Shown: positions 58,502-64,000 of the stretch, piece after piece
Position numbering within the stretch: position 1 is the first letter of the stretch
Layout: every line of letters starts with the position of its first letter
From: Eledone cirrhosa
Lineage: Eukaryota
Length of the DNA stretch: 64,000 bases
Assembly (NCBI GenBank): GCA_964016885.1
Contig: OZ024742.1
Span: 205,716,001-205,780,000 of the forward strand
Direction: 5' to 3'
The notes under the pieces: generated by a model
Databases searched by the model: none
What the model saw: only the letters and a program-made list of their open reading frames with translations
What the model was told of the DNA's origin: nothing
Translations under genes and position numbers: made by a program

Positions 58502-61498
58502 GTGCTGAATCTCTCGAGACGTGTGTAACTACAACGGAGCAAGTCAGTTAAAATTTATGATTTTATTGAAACTGTTATATAGTAATTTTTACATTGTTGT
58601 CTAGCTCAAGAACCCCTCTTTCAAAGGAGGTGTGTTTTTTTTAACTATCTCACGCCCTTAAGGGTGAATTTGTATTTATTTACAATCATACCTCTCAATT
58701 TTTTGTTTAAAAAAAAACATGGTGGATGAAAAAAATTGTCCACAGGGAGGAACAGCGGGTTGTCCGGAGGGAGGAACAGCCGATTCTGTCCAATCACAAG
58801 GCAGATACAAGAACAACAGAAGCAGCCACAGTGGCAGTGGCGGTGACAACAACAACAGCAGCAGCAGCAACAGTGGCAGTGGCGGTGGCAACAGTGGCAG
58901 TGGCGGTGACAACCGCTGCAGCAGCCACTTGAACAGTAACAGCAGCAGTGCAGCGTCAAACTACCACAAAAATTGTCCGTCATTACAAAGATCAACAGGC
59001 ACCACCTCCATCTTAATAACAACAACAACAGCAGCAACAGCCATAAAGAACCTAGGGAGCAACAACTGTAACAGCAGCATCACAGAGGAAAAAAAAACTA
59101 ACAAGACCACTACCACCACTAAGAACAACAACAACAGCAACAAAGGCAAGACAAGCGATGAGTCAGCACAGCAAATGGAAACGACATCATTTGCGAAAGC
59201 CGCAAAAAATTTAGAACGAGTACACATTAGCAACATGGAGATAAAGCAAGCCAAGATCCTGGTTAAAAAGACCGGACACAGGGTAAGTCTCACTCACCCA
59301 GCTAATATATTGAAAAACAAGCTTTTGTGTTCGGTCAGTTATCGCACAATTGGATTAAAATCGCACAGAGTCAAATGGGCAACGGAGTCGCAGGTCCAAA
59401 AGGCTATGGGTGCCGTCTGGGCACAGAAAACATACATAGCCAGAGGATCGAGGTATCGCACTGTGGATGTGCTCTTCGCTACACCGGAAGAAGCCAAAGC
59501 ACACTCCAGTGCGCCACTCAGCAGTGACGAAATAATAATGATGCCCACGTACTGTGGCCAGAGTGTCATGAGGGGTTTGTGTAACCCAGGTTCCGCCATC
59601 AGTGGAGATCGTGTGGCTGATGGCGACCGTCCTCGCTGACATCGAGGATTCAACAACTATCCTCGATGTCATACGGATAAGACAGGAGAATTGGACAGGG
59701 TCGGGGATGGAGCTAATCATCCAAGCAGACCATGAGAGCATCGAGGCCATCCCCGATGTAATAGACCTGGATGACGGCAGCCATCTACCTGTGACTGTCA
59801 TGGGTGCAGTGACAAGACGCACCTTAAGGCCTTCTTCCCCAAACTCACCAAAACGAGCACATGCTTCCCCCCTTCTGCCTACGCCGTGCCCTGCGACTGG
59901 AGTGGACAAACCAACCAAGACCACAGTGGCAGAAGAAAAATCACTATCATCAACAACAAAAACACCATCTCCTCCACCACCAACAGAATCAATGGAGAGC
60001 ATGCCCCTTCTCAATATTGCTAAATCAGACAAGGCGTGCGATGAGGCCGAAGGATGGAAAACCATCCCAGCAAAAATAAAAAGGAAGAACCTCCCTACTT
60101 TCGCCCTGCAAAAAAATAAAGAGGAAGAAAGAAAATGAAAATGACCCCGCCTCCTCCACCACCATCAACAGCCACACCCCAACAACCACCTACACCATCA
60201 CCACCAACACCACCACCGCCACCATTAGCATCTACCCCATCGTCACCTCCAACAACACCACAACAAACACAGAAAGCACCAACATCCCAACAGCAGACAC
60301 AATACACAGCCATAGACACAGACAACACAAAGCTTTTAAATTAGATTCAACACCACACCAACATCACAGAAACAAACTACGTACAGACCACCAAAATTGC
60401 ACCCCCCGCACACATAAAAATAATAGAAATCATCCCCAAAAATTACATGACATTAACAAAAATGTTCCTCACATCAATTGGAGACTACCAAGGGAACATC
60501 ACTAAAAATATTCACAGACATTCTCATGGAGAAACCCGCTAGTGGTCGGAGGGATGGATCACAGGTAAAGATTTTTTTTTTTCACTTTTCTCCTCTCATT
60601 TGTTTTCCTCCTATCCTAACCAACATGGCTTCTCTCAGGATAGGTAGCATAAATGCACGTGGCCTGGGGTCATCTTGGAAGCAGGGCCACCTGCTCAATG
60701 ATCTCAGGTCGCTAAACATAGATGTGGTGGCCATCAGCGAGACCAGAATTTCCGAGGCCCGAGCATTCGCACCCATTTTTAGCAGAGGTGTACACATCTC
60801 CAAGCCGTCCCGGATCTGGGGGTGAGTGGCTGTGTTGTTCCGGAGAAGACTGGATTGCGAGATACGGCCGTCTTCTTGAACCCAGAAGGTAAGTTGGTGG
60901 TGCTGGATGTGACCAGTGGAGAAGGGTAAGCTTTCAGGCTAGTGGCTGTCTATGGCCCAACAGGAGCAGGATGGCCTGACTTCTTCCGGCGTCTGGAAAC
61001 CTTTATTGGAATGTCCCGTTCTTTAGTATTAGTGGGCAACTGAAACAGGATCTTAGATGCATGCTGGGATTGTGTGCGATTAGCGGATAGGGGAGGAGGG
61101 TGTAAAAGCCTCGTAAACCTGCTCAGATGGTTTCAACTGTCTGACAGCTACCATCTGGATTTCCGGAATGTGCCAATGTGGACTTGGATAAATCGCATCG
61201 GGTCATCCGGATCATATCTTGATAGGGTATTTTGTAGGGAAATAGATAGGTCTAGCATAGGCTGTTCACAATTCAAGATAGTTGACTACACGGACCACAA
61301 ATTCGTGATCTGTGTGGTTGACTTAGATAGGCTTCATAGACACGGACCCGGCTACTGGAAGCTAAACGCGTTGTTAACAGCACGCAAAGCTTACAGAGAC
61401 TGGATTAGCAAATCCGTTAAGCGGGCGTTGACGGAGGCCATCGTCAACACCAAATGGTGGTTTGCCTTGAAAAGAGTGATTAGAATAGAGTCCATTAA

Positions 61499-62500
61499 CC
61501 CGTTCAAACCGCCCGAAATTATTTCTCCTTCATTTGTTCAAACCGCCCGAAATCGCCCGAAAACACCCACACTAAAAATAAACAAACCATCATCAAAATC
61601 TCGTCAATTCGAGACTGCTGTGAGATTAGGCCCTTACCGCAAAAATTAACACTTAATATAGTGGAACAGCTTAAAACAACAAGTGTTTTTTTAACTTTGA
61701 AAGTGCAACAAATTTTTTTTTTGTATCAACATAGCTTATGAAAGTAGCGATACCGACTTTGAAGGTTTTACACACGACGACATTCAGAATAAACAAGAAG
61801 CAAACGATAATATTAGTTATTTATCTACAAATGAATCTGATGTTCATATTTCTGAAATTTCGTCCGACGATGATTGTTGTTTTGAAAGTGAAAACGAAGG
61901 TCTCCAGGGCGCCATTGAAAATATTACAGCAACATAGTTGAAAAATACCACACTAATATATGTTCCCGATTTTATTCAAAATATTGGTCCACAACACACA
62001 TTAGCTCCCGATGCTAAAGCACTGGATTATTTGTTTTTGTTTTTACCACAAACTTTCTTCGAAGTTGAGGCAGAAGAGATTAATCGATATCCCCAACAAC
62101 AGATTTCAAATCAAGGAAAACCCTATCTGTTTGGCGACCGACAGATGCTGCAGAAATGCAAGCATTTTTTACCGTAAATATTATGTTCGGTATAAAACAA
62201 TTTCCAAGACTGTGGAATTACTGGAGCACTGATATAAGATTTAGTGATTCTTATATATCAAGTATTATGCCGAAAACAACGTATTTAAAATTAAACCAGT
62301 ATTTGCACCTGGTTGATACTTCAAATGCCCCTATTAATTAATTTCACATGCCCATAAAAGTCAAATTTAACCAAAAAAAATCAGGTAAAATTATATAATT
62401 GTAAATTATTGATGTTTAAACATCTACTGACAAAATTTCAAGCTTGCACATAGAAAATTACAAACAAATAAAATTGATAACCCTCTTGAGTATGATTAAC
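61499..62500 (+). mobile_element. piggyBac DNA transposon relic (left end plus N-terminal transposase, PGBD4-like), nested in Tx1 copy 3
   Basis: TTAA-CCC left terminus with subterminal repeats (ttcaaaccgcccgaaat twice). Acidic N-terminus ESSDTDFEGF..ISSDDD, then ALDYLFLFLP..EINRY, EMQAFF..IMFGIKQFPRLWNYWSTD..ISSIMP..YLHLVD. The right end is not identifiable. Confidence 0.85.
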
Positions 62501-62509
62501 TGAAAATAA

Positions 62510-62690
62510 TTGTTTCTACTTTTGGCACAAGGCCAGCAATTACCCAGTGCATTACTGGTACTTTATTTTATCAACCCTGTAAGGATGAAAGGCAAAGTTA
62601 ACCTCTGCGGGATTTGAACTCAGTATGGCAAGGACCGTAACTCTATGTGATCAGATAAGCATGACGTTTGACAAATAATGCAAATGCTGG
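62510..62690 (-). mobile_element. SINE copy (same family as 11749)
   Basis: cccagtgcattactggtactttattttatcaaccctgtaaggatgaaaggcaaagttaacctctgcgggatttgaactcag is the reverse complement of the 11768-11848 core. Confidence 0.8.
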
Positions 62691-64000
62691 TTTAGTAAGG
62701 CGTTAGTAATAGAAAAAAATAGAGCAGAGGGAGAACTAGTTAGCAAATTAGATGAGGCGCTTAGTAAGCGAAATTGGCCCTCGACCAATTTTTCAATGCA
62801 AAGCACAAAGGCTGCGTTGTCAGAGCTAGGGTGGGTGCTCTCAGACACGATGGGACGAAAGCCGTCCGATAGCGGAGGCGCATTGTGGCAACAAAGCCAC
62901 GATCCGGTTTTTAGTGGACCACGATGGGTGTATGCTACTTGATCCCGGGCAAATGTGTGTGACTTTTCAGCAACACTTTGCTCAGCTGTTCGGGAGCAGC
63001 AGCGGGCAGGTAGGACTTTAGTGCTTACCTTGACAGACTGCCTTGGCTCTCGACCCCTGAGGCGGAGTGTTGCGAAAAGCCGATAACAACTGCTGAAGTA
63101 CAGGAGGCAATGACTGGCTGCACAATGGGTAAATCACCTGCTTTGGATGGTCTGCCCTATGAACTTTACATAGTTAATTTCAGGCCCATAACTATGCTAA
63201 ACACAGAGTTCAAGATTTTGGCCAAGGTGCTAGCAAAGAGGTTGGCGCTTGTCGTCGGTGGTCTGGTGGGAGTGGTGCAGACATGCGCAATTCCAGACAG
63301 ATCCATCCATGACAACCTCCACCTGATGCGATACATCGTGGAGAGGGTAGCTAGGGAACCTGGCACGGGTGGGTCCTTGATCAATTTAGATCAGTCGATA
63401 GGGTCGACCATCGTTATTTGGCGGCAGTCCTGAGGGCGGCTGGCTTTGGGCCTGTCTTCAGAGGCTGGATTACTGCCATGCACAGAGACATCTGCTCTGT
63501 CGTGAGAATGAACAGTTACCTTTCGGAACCGTTCAACATCATGCGCTCGGTCCGCCAAGGATGTCCCCTCTCGTCCCTGTTCGTATTGACTTTCAAGCCA
63601 TTACTGCACAAACTGGAGATGTTGAGGGGCGTCCCGTGTTAACTGGGATGCAGAAGAACCATGTCAGTATATGCAGACGGCATCACCATAGTGGTGTCGA
63701 ACGGCAAACACATCGAGGTGATCGGCACCACACTAAGAGAATACGAGGCGGTGACAGGAGCAATGATCAACCAGGAAAAGTTGGTGGGCCTGCAGCTTAG
63801 CACCTGGAGAGGCAGGACCATGTCATCCAACAGCGTCATCGGGCGCTGCACGGACGGACTGGTTAAATTGCTAGGGGTTTGGTTCGGTCCGGACCTCCAG
63901 ACGGACAAAAAGCGGGATGAGGTGACCAGCAGGGTGGCCTCTTTCACCCAGAAATGGGCTGAGAGGAAGCTATCCCTGAAAGGTTGAGCGGAGTTGGCGA

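Larger units (their letters stand above)
58502..64000 (+). mobile_element. Tx1/L1-clade LINE copy 3 (ORF1 from 58719, ORF2 from 60625), interrupted at 61497-62688 and running off the window
   Basis: Homologous ORF1 (SFAKAAK, GHRVSLT, GSGMELIIQA) and ORF2 (MASLRIGSINARGL, GYWKLN, FRPITMLN, SVYADGITI). The element resumes at ggtttagtaagg (~62689), exactly where it stopped (gagtccatta). Confidence 0.93.

Noticed and set aside
58645-59037. Cys/His-rich minus-strand ORF resembling a metallothionein
   Set aside because: It is the antisense reading of (AGC/AAC/GGC)n tracts in Tx1 ORF1.

Overview
AT-rich eukaryotic (metazoan) genomic DNA. The SINE, LINE and MITE families and the very long (TA)n/(TATG)n tracts strongly resemble an octopod cephalopod genome (inference from repeat appearance). 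Host genes: two spliceable + strand exons (3524-3658, 5587-6018) encode the stalk, transmembrane helix and juxtamembrane region of a receptor that most resembles a discoidin domain receptor (DDR) tyrosine kinase. A - strand signal-peptide exon (40673-40865) looks like the first coding exon of a DDR-type or other secreted/membrane protein. Between them lies about 21.6 kb of compound TA-rich microsatellite, studded with short retroelement remnants and hairpins and broken by a 200-N scaffold gap. From about 43.1 kb to the end is a retrotransposon pile-up at (TAA/ATT)n tracts: two Dong/R4-like RLE LINEs (-) and three head-to-tail Tx1/L1-like LINEs (+), the last interrupted by a piggyBac relic and a SINE. 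Nearly all long ORFs in the ORF track between 16.8 and 38.7 kb are microsatellite artefacts. I see no clearly novel multi-gene system. The best leads are DDR splicing and orientation, hammerhead-ribozyme remnants, and microsatellite-targeted LINEs.
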